Of a DNA stretch of 64,000 bases, positions 48,378 through 58,078 are shown one piece after another. Numbering within the stretch: position 1 is the first letter of the stretch; every line of letters begins with the position of its first letter. The DNA comes from Methylococcaceae bacterium (GTDB lineage Bacteria > Pseudomonadota > Gammaproteobacteria > Methylococcales > Methylomonadaceae), in NCBI GenBank assembly GCA_006844585.1, contig SPJM01000340.1:4044-68043 (forward strand), read 5' to 3'. The notes beneath the pieces are model-generated. The model was not told where the DNA came from, made no database searches, and saw only the letters and a program-made list of their open reading frames with translations. Position numbers and translations under genes: made by a program.

Positions 48378-49601
48378 ATGAATTTTTCGAACCCGCAAAT
48401 CAGGCGCATACCCGCCCCCTTAGTACTACTTTTTTCACTATGTAATACTTCTTCATCCTATGCGACGGATATTGTCTTACCCGACCCGACCAGCTTCGCC
48501 GTTTTATATGGCGACTTTTATTCCTACTCTTTACCTATTCTAGCCTCTAATTATGATATCGCCAATGGCGGCGCCATAGGCTTAGGCCCCCAAAATCCTT
48601 TTTACATCGATTCAAGTCCGGGTAAAATCAAAAATGATATCGTGCTCGGAACCGGCGCCAGCGGCCAACAACTCAACAAAAACTTTGATGGAATGGAATG
48701 GTCTTATGAGACTCCGAATTCCAGCGGCATTACATACCGCACAACGGGCGAAGCCATTGCCAATGCAGGCTTGGACCCTCAGAATGAATCGTTAACCGCC
48801 GCCCAAGACAATAAAGGCACATGGGATTCAACAATCGCTGCATTAGATACCTATTTAGGAACCGGTATTAATCCAATATTCTTTTTTAACAACAACCAAA
48901 CCAACTCCGGCACGTCCCTTGATCAACAGTTAGCAATCTGGATGCAGGTGACTTTATGGAATAGCGCAGATCCCACAGGAACGGCGCCGCTGGTCTTTAC
49001 CTTAGCCAACCACTGTCCCGCAGTAAATTTATGTATAGACGGTGGAGAAATTGTAACCGACGGAGGCGGCATAGTCATCGGACCGGATAAAGATCCAGCA
49101 TTATATAGCCGTGGTCTTGCAGACAATTTATATCCCGCCACTGAAGTAGGAGGAGGAACCACCCCCACTTACGATGACTTCGTGCTATCAGGCGGTAAAG
49201 TGTGTATTGATGATGATGCAGGACAAACACCCGTTGATTGCAGCCTCAATATTCACGAAAGAGAATTTGACCACAACTTGGGCGCAGACCAAGCTGCTTA
49301 TGCAGTTTATTCGGAAGAATTGAACAATGCTTTAAGCGAATGGCGATTAGGTAATTTAACCGATTACGATATGTTTTCAGTAGATTTTCGCTTAGGCTGC
49401 AACCCCAATCCAGGCAGTGAGAGCTACAACTGCGACGGCAGAGAACTCAATAACGGTTATGAACAAATATTTTTAGCCAGAGGCGAAATCAGCGATGTTC
49501 CACCACCACCCCGTACAATTGACGAGCCGACGCCGCTTTTTATTATGCTAATATCTGGTAGCGCTTTATTTGCAAACAGACGCTTAAAACTAAAAGCTTA
49601 A
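48378..49601 (+). CDS. Exported PEP-CTERM-like surface protein
   Basis: N-terminal signal-like segment, GGAG RBS; C-terminus PPPPRTIDEPTPLFIMLISGSALFANRRLK = xxEP motif, TM, basic tail. Confidence 0.7.
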   Translation: MNFSNPQIRRIPAPLVLLFSLCNTSSSYATDIVLPDPTSFAVLYGDFYSYSLPILASNYDIANGGAIGLGPQNPFYIDSSPGKIKNDIVLGTGASGQQLNKNFDGMEWSYETPNSSGITYRTTGEAIANAGLDPQNESLTAAQDNKGTWDSTIAALDTYLGTGINPIFFFNNNQTNSGTSLDQQLAIWMQVTLWNSADPTGTAPLVFTLANHCPAVNLCIDGGEIVTDGGGIVIGPDKDPALYSRGLADNLYPATEVGGGTTPTYDDFVLSGGKVCIDDDAGQTPVDCSLNIHEREFDHNLGADQAAYAVYSEELNNALSEWRLGNLTDYDMFSVDFRLGCNPNPGSESYNCDGRELNNGYEQIFLARGEISDVPPPPRTIDEPTPLFIMLISGSALFANRRLKLKA

Positions 49602-49622
49602 CAGGCTTATTATTTCACCTTA

Positions 49623-49670
49623 CTGAGCATCCCGAAACAAACTAGTTCCAGTTCAGTTCGGTATGCTCAG
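49623..49670. repeat. Inverted repeat between convergent genes (REP-like or terminator)
   Basis: ctgagcatcccgaa...ttcggtatgctcag, 13/14 complementary arms with a 20-nt loop. Confidence 0.5.
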
Positions 49671-49715
49671 CTTTCAATAATTCATTGCTTACCTTAAGCA
49701 ACTGAAGTTCTTGGC

Positions 49716-50324
49716 TCATTCCAGCCGACCAGTCAATAGCTTCAATGATAAATCATCCGGCAATAAAGATAAGCCGGTCGTTAACTTAACCACAAAACAC
49801 ATATCTTCTGAGAAATGCTCGCCTTCGCAAACCTCGGCAAGATGCGATGCGATACTGACGGCGTCCTTTTCTGTATGCAGATCTGTTAACACAACAGCCA
49901 CTTGGGATAAAGATAAGCGTTCAACAAAATCGCTTTCACGCAAATTGATGCGTAAACAATTTTCCACGAAGTTGACTGCGCCCTCAGCAAATTGCTCGCC
50001 GAACATTTCAATTAGTTCCTGCTGACCTTCCAATTGAACAACAACTATTGCCGCCAAACTTTCCGAAGCCGCAGCCGCAGACAAAAACTCATTGAACGAC
50101 TTACCCCCCATCAATGAGCCATTTAAAAGCTCATCCGCTGACAAGGCCACTGTTTTTTTAATCGCATCGCCCCGTTTACGACTAGCGCCGCTATCTAAAA
50201 GAATCTTAATATCCTTTTCAAAACCCGTCATATCATCCTGATAATTGACAATCTGCGCATTATCTATTTGAAAAAAACTTTCACTGTTTAACTGTCTATC
50301 TAACATAAAAAAACCCTCATTCAA
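49716..50324 (-). CDS. Degenerate GGDEF-domain protein
   Basis: IVVVQLEGQQELIEMFGEQFAEGAV...LRESDFVERLSLSQVAVVL follows the GGDEF fold with the signature replaced by SLSQV. Confidence 0.6.
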   Translation of the reverse strand: MNEGFFMLDRQLNSESFFQIDNAQIVNYQDDMTGFEKDIKILLDSGASRKRGDAIKKTVALSADELLNGSLMGGKSFNEFLSAAAASESLAAIVVVQLEGQQELIEMFGEQFAEGAVNFVENCLRINLRESDFVERLSLSQVAVVLTDLHTEKDAVSIASHLAEVCEGEHFSEDMCFVVKLTTGLSLLPDDLSLKLLTGRLE

Positions 50325-50560
50325 TTAATAAAACCGTGATTCCAAAAGTCTGAAATATATTGATCGCTTGGAAACTCAGATAAATTTGTTGCAACTTACA
50401 TTTATCAACTGAGTTTGGGTTTATTGTAATGCTATGAAAAAGAGGCTCCCGCCAACTTGCTCACATTCTTTCAAAATCTTTAAACTTTAATAAAAACAAT
50501 GGTATGAAGTTCACAAAATCACCTTATAAAGCGTGACTTTCTTCACATTGAAACAGGCCT

Positions 50561-52138
50561 CTAAGACTCCATCAGCATACGATTCAAAGGACTTTGATGA
50601 TCAATCGGCAGAGACCCAATTGAAGATTGACACTGAACAATTAAGGCTTCTAATTGTTGCAATTCATGTTGACTTTGTTGGCGGTCACCATCAATAATTT
50701 GTTTAATTTCGGCTTCTGCTTGCAGCAAGGCAATGTCCACGCCTTTTTGGAGCCCTGAAACAGCGGATTTTTGCAATGAAGGTTGTAATTGTTTGCGGAG
50801 GAAATAAGGCAATAACCAACTCAGCAAAACCAACAAAAAACTATGGATGGCGAATTCCACGCCAAGATAAGACAAACCTTCTAAAGCGCTTAGATAATAG
50901 CCCCGAAAAACCTGATAACCCACCCAGCACATAGTCATCAACGGTAAAATAAATTGACAGAATTTCATTAATTTAAGAAACCAGCGTTGTAAACGGTTCC
51001 CAGGGTTAATCAAAGCCTGACGGCAAAACAATTCCGATTGCTCCCGAACATTATTTTCGATGTTGTCTCGCAAAGGCGCTAAGGCGGCTCTTAATGGAGC
51101 AGGGGCAATGCCTGACTGCGCCGCCTTGACAATTAAACCATCCACAAAGTCATTGAATCGATTAGCCGCCCATTGATCCCAAATTTGCACATCAGGTCTT
51201 GCCTTGGCGGTATCGGCATAGCTTTGCGCCAACTGTGCAATCGGCCATAAAAAGGCTTTTTGTAGCGTTGTCGAAGTTTGTCGCCATTGCTGCTGAAAAT
51301 GCTTTTCAAAACCATCATAATCCTGTTCCGACAAAATACTTTGCAACGGCGTTAAATTACCCAGCAAATCCGCCGTACGCGCTTCCATACCAAGCTGCTC
51401 AAGCGCTTGCACGGTATGCCCGTTTGCCAATCCCTGCAAGTGATCAACCAAATCGGTGAATTCATCTTCCTGTTCATTTTCCAAACAAACCGTTCGAAAC
51501 ACAATCGGATTGGAAAAACCGGCTTTAGTCAATTGCCTTTTAAAATCATCATACTGCGCGGCAACGCCTCTATCCCATTGGTTAAGGACAAACACCCAGG
51601 CATGTTTAGCGCCCTCGGACAATAACAATTGCCAGGCTTTGTTATCCCGATAGCGTTCCGGGCTGACCACATAAAGCAACACATCGATATGCGGCAACCA
51701 TTCCAAAACCAGTTTTTTATTTTCCAGCTCTACACTGTCAAAATCAGGCATATCTATCCAAATGATATTCCGGCGACTCTCATCCTCATGCCGACTGATA
51801 TTAATTTTGTCCAGCGGCAAACCTTCCGGTAACTTTTGAATATTGATGGATTGATGATGATAAAGCGTCACTTCTCTGGATGTCGGTCTCTCCACGCCGG
51901 TATTGGCAATATCTTGTCCGGCTAATCGGTTTAATAATGAGCTTTTACCGACCCCGGTGCCGCCCATGAATGCGACAATCAACGGGCGCGCTTGTTGATC
52001 TTGAAACAAACTGTCCGGCGAGCGTAAGTCAAAATCCAAGATGGCTTGTAACTGCGCTGATTGCAAACGTTTTTGTAAACTCAGTTGTTCAGCCCAGTTT
52101 TTTGCCTGAGTGATTAAATCAGAGTAATCGTAAGCCAT
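50561..52138 (-). CDS. Dynamin-like/MMR_HSR1 GTPase with C-terminal TM helices
   Basis: G1 GGTGVGKSS, G2 RPTS, G3 DMPDFDS, G4 NQWD; long helical stalk; two hydrophobic segments near the C-terminus. Confidence 0.8.
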   Translation of the reverse strand: MAYDYSDLITQAKNWAEQLSLQKRLQSAQLQAILDFDLRSPDSLFQDQQARPLIVAFMGGTGVGKSSLLNRLAGQDIANTGVERPTSREVTLYHHQSINIQKLPEGLPLDKINISRHEDESRRNIIWIDMPDFDSVELENKKLVLEWLPHIDVLLYVVSPERYRDNKAWQLLLSEGAKHAWVFVLNQWDRGVAAQYDDFKRQLTKAGFSNPIVFRTVCLENEQEDEFTDLVDHLQGLANGHTVQALEQLGMEARTADLLGNLTPLQSILSEQDYDGFEKHFQQQWRQTSTTLQKAFLWPIAQLAQSYADTAKARPDVQIWDQWAANRFNDFVDGLIVKAAQSGIAPAPLRAALAPLRDNIENNVREQSELFCRQALINPGNRLQRWFLKLMKFCQFILPLMTMCWVGYQVFRGYYLSALEGLSYLGVEFAIHSFLLVLLSWLLPYFLRKQLQPSLQKSAVSGLQKGVDIALLQAEAEIKQIIDGDRQQSQHELQQLEALIVQCQSSIGSLPIDHQSPLNRMLMES

Positions 52139-53861
52139 GTTTTTTCTCTTTCAAAGACTGTTCCGCATTTTGTAATTGCTGCGGAGAGATATTAAAATTT
52201 TTGTTTTCGGGAAGTTGATGAATAATTTTGCATAAAGCTAGCTTTAATTGCTGTTCAAATAACACAGTTTTCACCGTGTGTAATTGATGCTGTTTTAATT
52301 CGACTTCAGCTCTGTTCAAATACCCTCCCACCGCGCTCTCGGTTAACAGCGAGGTAACCGACAGCATGGCAGGGGTTATCACCAAATCATGTAAACCGAT
52401 GCCGCCTGTGGTAATCACCAACGCCAAAGCCGCTGCATCCGTTGAGGTTCTGGCCGCCCGCAGGGTATTTAATAATACCGGCTGATCTTGCAATTTGAGA
52501 TATAGGCTTCTCGCCGTCGCTTCGACATCTTGATGAAAATTTTCTTGATATTCCAAACTATGGTGTTCAAATTGGCGCAACAATTTATTTTTTTGTTTTC
52601 TTAATACCGCGCCGACATCTTTCCACCATTCCGTAGCAATCACGTCATGACCGGTTCTGTCTAATAATTGATCCGACAACTCTATCAAGACATGCTCGGC
52701 GATTTGATTCAATATAGTCACTTCATCAATCGGCGATTCCCTGCTAATCCTCTTGCCGACCCCCAGCACTTTCCGAATCGGCCAAGTCATCGCCCGGCGG
52801 GTTTTTCCCAAAACCTTAGCAATACCCGGAATTTCCAATAGATTTAACAATTCCACTAATGCTTGTTGAAATGTTTGATTGTGATGAGGATGATTTAAAT
52901 AATCCCGCTGATAGTCTTCCAAAGCGCGCTCTATGCTTTGTTCAACCAGATTATGCCAACTCTCTACGGCTTCCCGCTCCACATACACCGGTTCCAACCA
53001 AAGCGGCCAATAGCTGCTCAGCAACTGCTGTAAGTTCGCGCCATGCTGCTGCCTGAGCACCCGTTTTTGCAAACTGACAAAAATGCCTTGTTGAGATGTC
53101 GGCCACTCTGGCCCGCCGCGCTGTTTGTCATAATATAAAGTTGCCACATCAGGAAACGCATCGCTGCGTACTTGCCGCCATTTATCCTGTAATGACGGCA
53201 CAATGAAATCTTCACTCCCCTCAGTGAGTTTATTCAGGCAAATCAAGGTTGGTTGGTTTAATGACTCAATGATGCTCATCATATCCCAAACAGATTGATC
53301 AGCATATTTTTCCTTACTGACCACCAAAATCACAATATCCGCCAGGGCAATCGTTCGAATAACGCCTTCTTTATAGTCAGCGGCATCAATTGAATCAAAA
53401 TCAGGCGTATCCCAGATCACCGATGCCGGTAATAGAGGTGACTGATTGGTTTGCTCAGACAAGGAATAACAATCGTAACGTTGCCGACTGAGTTGGTCTT
53501 TAGCCAATTGTTGAAACCGCCCGAAATAATTCTGCAACCCATTGCATTCGGCAATCGAGCGATCATGACAAAAACCATGCGGATGAACCGTGTAGCCAGC
53601 TAACGGACTAACCCCGGCCGCTTTGCTCGCCAATAACATATTTACCACCGAGCTTTTTCCCACTTGGGTCGGCCCGATAACGGCAATTTGTAATGGAAAA
53701 TCTTGCTGCGTTTCTAATATATGCCCCTTACGCATAAAAGCTTCGGCATAAATCAACTGTTCAATGCGCAGTTGATATTCAATTGACTGGGGCAGTTGGT
53801 AGCTAAAATAAGCCAGAATTGATTGGTAGCGCTGTTTTAATATTTGGATAAATTCCAACAT
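52119..53861 (-). CDS. Dynamin-like/MMR_HSR1 GTPase with a hydrophobic paddle-like segment
   Basis: G1 GPTQVGKSS, G2 GYT, G3 DTPDFDS, G4 NKL; AAALALVITTGGIGLHDLVITPAML; 20-nt overlap with the partner gene. Confidence 0.8.
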   Translation of the reverse strand: MLEFIQILKQRYQSILAYFSYQLPQSIEYQLRIEQLIYAEAFMRKGHILETQQDFPLQIAVIGPTQVGKSSVVNMLLASKAAGVSPLAGYTVHPHGFCHDRSIAECNGLQNYFGRFQQLAKDQLSRQRYDCYSLSEQTNQSPLLPASVIWDTPDFDSIDAADYKEGVIRTIALADIVILVVSKEKYADQSVWDMMSIIESLNQPTLICLNKLTEGSEDFIVPSLQDKWRQVRSDAFPDVATLYYDKQRGGPEWPTSQQGIFVSLQKRVLRQQHGANLQQLLSSYWPLWLEPVYVEREAVESWHNLVEQSIERALEDYQRDYLNHPHHNQTFQQALVELLNLLEIPGIAKVLGKTRRAMTWPIRKVLGVGKRISRESPIDEVTILNQIAEHVLIELSDQLLDRTGHDVIATEWWKDVGAVLRKQKNKLLRQFEHHSLEYQENFHQDVEATARSLYLKLQDQPVLLNTLRAARTSTDAAALALVITTGGIGLHDLVITPAMLSVTSLLTESAVGGYLNRAEVELKQHQLHTVKTVLFEQQLKLALCKIIHQLPENKNFNISPQQLQNAEQSLKEKKHGLRLL

Positions 53862-54019
53862 AAATGAAAAACTTGGGTTTATAATAGCCAGCTATTTTAC
53901 TTTGTATGGCGAAAGATCATAATAATTTATTTGGTAACGCGCCGCGCTTTTAGGTGTCTCATATCTAAACAGCGTATTGTTACACTTTACGCCTATTTTA
54001 TACCACAGAGGTTCAGATT

Positions 54020-54433
54020 ATGAGAGTGTTAACTGTTATCCTGGCGTTAGCCATAACCGCTTCATCATTAGTCGGTTGCAGCAAGGGCAACGAAATTAAC
54101 GGCAGAAGTTTGCGCACCGCCAACCGCTCAGTCAATTACATTAAAAACCGTTTGCCGGTTGAAAAACGAATTGAATTTGAAGTCTCTTATTGGTCTGTCA
54201 GAGATGATAAAAAAACCAAACAAGCGCTATTAGACGCAATCGACGGCAAAACCCCTGAGCAATTAATCGAATTAGGCAAAGAAATCTTTATAAAGCGTAA
54301 AAATGCTGGTTTGGAACTATATGCCAAATACAATAATTGGGAGGAAATGATCGCGGACTATGCCGAACAACGTAAAGACGCGGGTTCAGGCAGCGCCGAA
54401 CGTAGAAACGGCAGTATTTTGTATAAATTATGA
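54020..54433 (+). CDS. Lipoprotein of unknown function (DUF6694-like)
   Basis: Lipobox SLVG-C after a hydrophobic signal; DGKTPEQLI motif. Confidence 0.7.
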   Translation: MRVLTVILALAITASSLVGCSKGNEINGRSLRTANRSVNYIKNRLPVEKRIEFEVSYWSVRDDKKTKQALLDAIDGKTPEQLIELGKEIFIKRKNAGLELYAKYNNWEEMIADYAEQRKDAGSGSAERRNGSILYKL

Positions 54434-54441
54434 TGAACCCA

Positions 54442-55101
54442 TCATTTCTCAACCGGTTTAGGTAAAGCTTTTTGCTCCACCAATACCGATACAAATTGAC
54501 TGGCTTCAAAAATCGTTTTTTCCATAATTTCAATCAATTTGCTGATATCCAGACTAATATCGACAAATTCATGCTGTAAAGCGGCTATGGCCTGCGCGTT
54601 CAAATTATGTTTTAAATATAAAACTTGATCCTGAAACGCACTCAATACCGGATGTATTCGCGCTTCGGCTTTATGCAAAGACTTGATAAGCTTGTTGTAT
54701 TGGCGTTTGGATTTTTCCAATTGTTGACGGCTTTTGGAACGCAGAGTACGGTTGTTATAAAGTTTTAATTCATTTTCCCACTCAATAAACAGCGCCGAAC
54801 TTACTTCTTCTATCGCCTTGATTCTGGAACCGACTTCATCGGTCTTGATGCAGCAAAAATCATATTGTTGTTTTAAGTGCCGATAACGGTACTCCAAGGA
54901 TAATTCAGGCAACGACAATAAGGTTTTGAATTTATCCAAGGCGTCTTCAAATTGATCGCGACTTTCTTGTAAGCTTTCACAAGCCTGATCGACATGCACC
55001 AACACGATATCCCTTTTATGATGACCTAACAAAGATTCCCGCCCTTTATAGTAGGCGCCTTGCATAAGTTTACGAAATTCCGCTTTAAGCCTTGAATACA
55101 T
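54442..55101 (-). CDS. DUF2959 family helical protein
   Basis: HKRDI...ALFIEWENEL...FQDQVLYLKHNLNAQAI. Confidence 0.8.
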   Translation of the reverse strand: MYSRLKAEFRKLMQGAYYKGRESLLGHHKRDIVLVHVDQACESLQESRDQFEDALDKFKTLLSLPELSLEYRYRHLKQQYDFCCIKTDEVGSRIKAIEEVSSALFIEWENELKLYNNRTLRSKSRQQLEKSKRQYNKLIKSLHKAEARIHPVLSAFQDQVLYLKHNLNAQAIAALQHEFVDISLDISKLIEIMEKTIFEASQFVSVLVEQKALPKPVEK

Positions 55102-55652
55102 TAGAGTTGTTGATAATGTAATATTTTGATTGGAAAATCCGCCTGGTCTGCGAATTGCTGAAAAGCCGCATCGACCACTGCCGATTTCTGTAATTGTTCA
55201 ATGGCGGCATTTTCATCTATCTTCGCGGATTTTACCAAAATCAGCTCATCGGCGCGTAATTGTATAGCTAACCAAGCCGCCAAACTATCAGAAGTCACAT
55301 CCCAACTGGCGGCAACACCCGTCTGATCCAGCTCAGCCAACTCCGGCGACCAAATACTCACTGCCGCGCGCACTTTATGAAAATCCTGAGTATAAGAAAA
55401 AATCGGCCATTCCGCTTGCAGCGCATTCAACAATAGAGCCGCTTGTTGCATTGCTAAAATGGCCATCGCATGCGCCGCTCGATCATTAAACGAGAAACGA
55501 TGCTGTAATTGCCGGACTTGTTCGGCCAACTCGCCGCCGCCCGGAACCAGCACAATCCTATTTGCTTTTGACAGCCGCTGTACGGCTTTAAAACAAATCG
55601 GCAATGCCTGCTTATTTGATAATAGACTGCCGCCGATTTTTGCGACAATCAT
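55101..55652 (-). CDS. Amino-acid-kinase-family protein (Orf21/MfnE-like, methylofuran/H4MPT biosynthesis)
   Basis: VAKIGGSL, VPGGGELAEQVR, AAHAMAILAM, SWDVTSDSLAAW; coupled to pabB. Confidence 0.82.
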   Translation of the reverse strand: MIVAKIGGSLLSNKQALPICFKAVQRLSKANRIVLVPGGGELAEQVRQLQHRFSFNDRAAHAMAILAMQQAALLLNALQAEWPIFSYTQDFHKVRAAVSIWSPELAELDQTGVAASWDVTSDSLAAWLAIQLRADELILVKSAKIDENAAIEQLQKSAVVDAAFQQFADQADFPIKILHYQQL

Positions 55653-57025
55653 GGTTGATGAAAAGTTTCCAATAATGCCAATAAAGCGCCGGCTTTATCA
55701 AAACATTCCTGATATTCATCTTCCATACGCGAATCATAGACGATGCCGCCGCCGGCCCAAAAACGTATCGTGTTGTCCGAATGCACCAGCGTGCGTATTG
55801 CAATATTAGTATCCATATTGCCGTCAAACCCCAAATATCCTATGGCGCCGCAATAGACGCCGCGCCGATGCGGCTCTAATTCTTCAATGATTTCCATCGC
55901 CCGTATTTTCGGCGCGCCGGTAATAGAGCCGCCGGGAAAACAACTTCTCAATAAATCCGCAGCGTGTTGTCCATCAGCCAGCTCACCAATAACCGTACTG
56001 ACCAAATGATGAACGGTGGCATAACTTTCTATCGCAAATAAATTAGGCGCTAACACCGATCCTTTTTTACAATTTTTACTAATATCATTTCTCAGTAAAT
56101 CAACAATCATCAGGTTTTCGGCTCTATCTTTGTGACTGTGAGCCAAATCTTTAATTTGTTGTTGATCAATGTCATATTCAGCGCTGCGCGAACGGGTGCC
56201 CTTAATCGGTTTGGTTTCAACATGGCCTTGCTTGACTTTCAAAAAGCGTTCCGGCGAGGAACTGAGAATTTGCAATTCCGGCAAATTGAAATAGGCGCTG
56301 AAAGGCGCGGCGTTGATTCGTCTTAATTGTTGATAAGCCAACCAGGCGTTACCCTGACATTTTGCGCTAAAGCGTTGCGCTAAATTCACCTGATAACAAT
56401 CGCCCTCTTCCAAATAATTTTTTATTTTTTCAAAAGCCTGACTATACCTTTGTTTATCCATATCGGAAACCGGTTCATCCAATACGGCAAAATGATCTTG
56501 ACAAAAACCTTCATCGGGCTGACTAAATAAATCCAGTAATCGATCAATAGACTGTTCTTCGGCATCATAACTCAACAAACAACTCGCTTGTTGTTGATGG
56601 TCTACAATCACCGCCCATTGATAGATCCCCACCGCCATTTCCGGTACGCTTTCACCGACTTCTGCAATAGCAGGCAACTTTTCCAAACGCCGCGCCAAGT
56701 CATAAGAAAAATAACCGACCGCCCCGCCGTTAAACGGCAAATCATCGATTGACTCCCGCCGATCGCCCAAAGCTTGTTTTAACAACTTAAATGGATCTTC
56801 TGTTGAAGTCCTTCTGACGCCGCTTTCCTCAATGGTTGTTACGTCCCCTTCGGTCACCAAGGTGCAAACTGGCTCAGCCACTAAAATATCATATCGGCCT
56901 TGCTGACTGTAAGGCGAACCGCTATCTAAAAAAATCGCCCAAGGTAAGGATTGGATAGCGGCAAACAATCTGGAACTATCTTTATGATAGGGTATAACGT
57001 ATTGGGAAGGAGGGGTATTCGACAT
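55649..57025 (-). CDS. pabB: Aminodeoxychorismate synthase component I
   Basis: GDCYQVNL, TKPIKGT, AENLMIVDLLRND, FPGGSITGAPKIRAMEII. Confidence 0.95.
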   Translation of the reverse strand: MSNTPPSQYVIPYHKDSSRLFAAIQSLPWAIFLDSGSPYSQQGRYDILVAEPVCTLVTEGDVTTIEESGVRRTSTEDPFKLLKQALGDRRESIDDLPFNGGAVGYFSYDLARRLEKLPAIAEVGESVPEMAVGIYQWAVIVDHQQQASCLLSYDAEEQSIDRLLDLFSQPDEGFCQDHFAVLDEPVSDMDKQRYSQAFEKIKNYLEEGDCYQVNLAQRFSAKCQGNAWLAYQQLRRINAAPFSAYFNLPELQILSSSPERFLKVKQGHVETKPIKGTRSRSAEYDIDQQQIKDLAHSHKDRAENLMIVDLLRNDISKNCKKGSVLAPNLFAIESYATVHHLVSTVIGELADGQHAADLLRSCFPGGSITGAPKIRAMEIIEELEPHRRGVYCGAIGYLGFDGNMDTNIAIRTLVHSDNTIRFWAGGGIVYDSRMEDEYQECFDKAGALLALLETFHQP

Positions 57026-57031
57026 GTTTAT

Positions 57032-58078
57032 TTATTTCGATGAAAAGAAAGCCAACGCAGCTACCGCTGCAGCCGGCGCGCAATCGGCGCTATTGATGAC
57101 TGTCCCGGCATTCGATTGTTTAATAAAGTCATTATAATCCTGATATTGTAATCCTAAATCGTCAGCAATTTCCTTTGCTAAGAAACGTCCAATGCCAGCG
57201 CCGACCAAACGAGTTACTGACTGTTGCTGCGATTGCATGCGGCAAGCGTCAATGAGCTGAGTTTTCTGCAAACCTCTTAATCTTTCTGCAAATGTACGCC
57301 ATAAATCAAAATCTTGTTGCTGATAATCGTACCCGATCATTCTCGACAAGCGCATCGCGCTGGCGCTCGGCGTTTTTAAACCGCCGTCAGCCGCTTCAGA
57401 CAAATCATGCGCTTCGCTCAATTCTCCCGTCACGCGATATACATCCGCCGTAGTTGCGAATAATTCCGCCATCATCCCGGTCAGCCTACCTTTGAATTCA
57501 ACGGCTTGCGCAATCGCCATCACCGGCGTTCTAACAATTCCGGTATAAACTAATTCCCCGCTGACTAAACGCTGGTAATCCGTCATGCCTTGCGCTTTTA
57601 CTCGGCCCTCCGATAATAATAGAACGTCTGTCGTGGTGCTGCCGATATCAACTAACAAGCCATCGTCAATCTGATCGGCAATCCAACCCGCGCTGGCCAA
57701 CCAATTTGCCGAAGCGATATTGACATATTGTCGGCGATCAATTTCAGCAACCCTTAGAAAGCCGGATTGTCCCGCATAAACCAACATATCTTCGTCAGCA
57801 AATTGCTGTTGCATAACGCCAATAATGGCCGCCACGCCTTGTTCCCGATCATCAAATAAATCAACCAACTCACCGGTCATTGTTACCGCATGCTTACAAT
57901 ACGCCTTATCAACAGCTAAATCCACACAGACTTTTTCTATCGCAGTCATCAAATAATCCAATCCCTTCCATAAAGGGCAATATTGCAAGCTGACTTTTTC
58001 TACTTCACCCCGACCATTCAATAAAACCGCTTTTAGATGAGCGCCGCCGACATCCCAGCCGACTACTGCATTAACCAC
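57032..58078 (-). CDS. Hydantoinase/oxoprolinase-family protein (Orf9/MfnF-like)
   Basis: GWDVGGAHLK, AVTMTGELVD, ASANW, DIGSTTTD, ELVYTGIVRTP. Confidence 0.88.
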   Translation of the reverse strand: MVNAVVGWDVGGAHLKAVLLNGRGEVEKVSLQYCPLWKGLDYLMTAIEKVCVDLAVDKAYCKHAVTMTGELVDLFDDREQGVAAIIGVMQQQFADEDMLVYAGQSGFLRVAEIDRRQYVNIASANWLASAGWIADQIDDGLLVDIGSTTTDVLLLSEGRVKAQGMTDYQRLVSGELVYTGIVRTPVMAIAQAVEFKGRLTGMMAELFATTADVYRVTGELSEAHDLSEAADGGLKTPSASAMRLSRMIGYDYQQQDFDLWRTFAERLRGLQKTQLIDACRMQSQQQSVTRLVGAGIGRFLAKEIADDLGLQYQDYNDFIKQSNAGTVINSADCAPAAAVAALAFFSSK

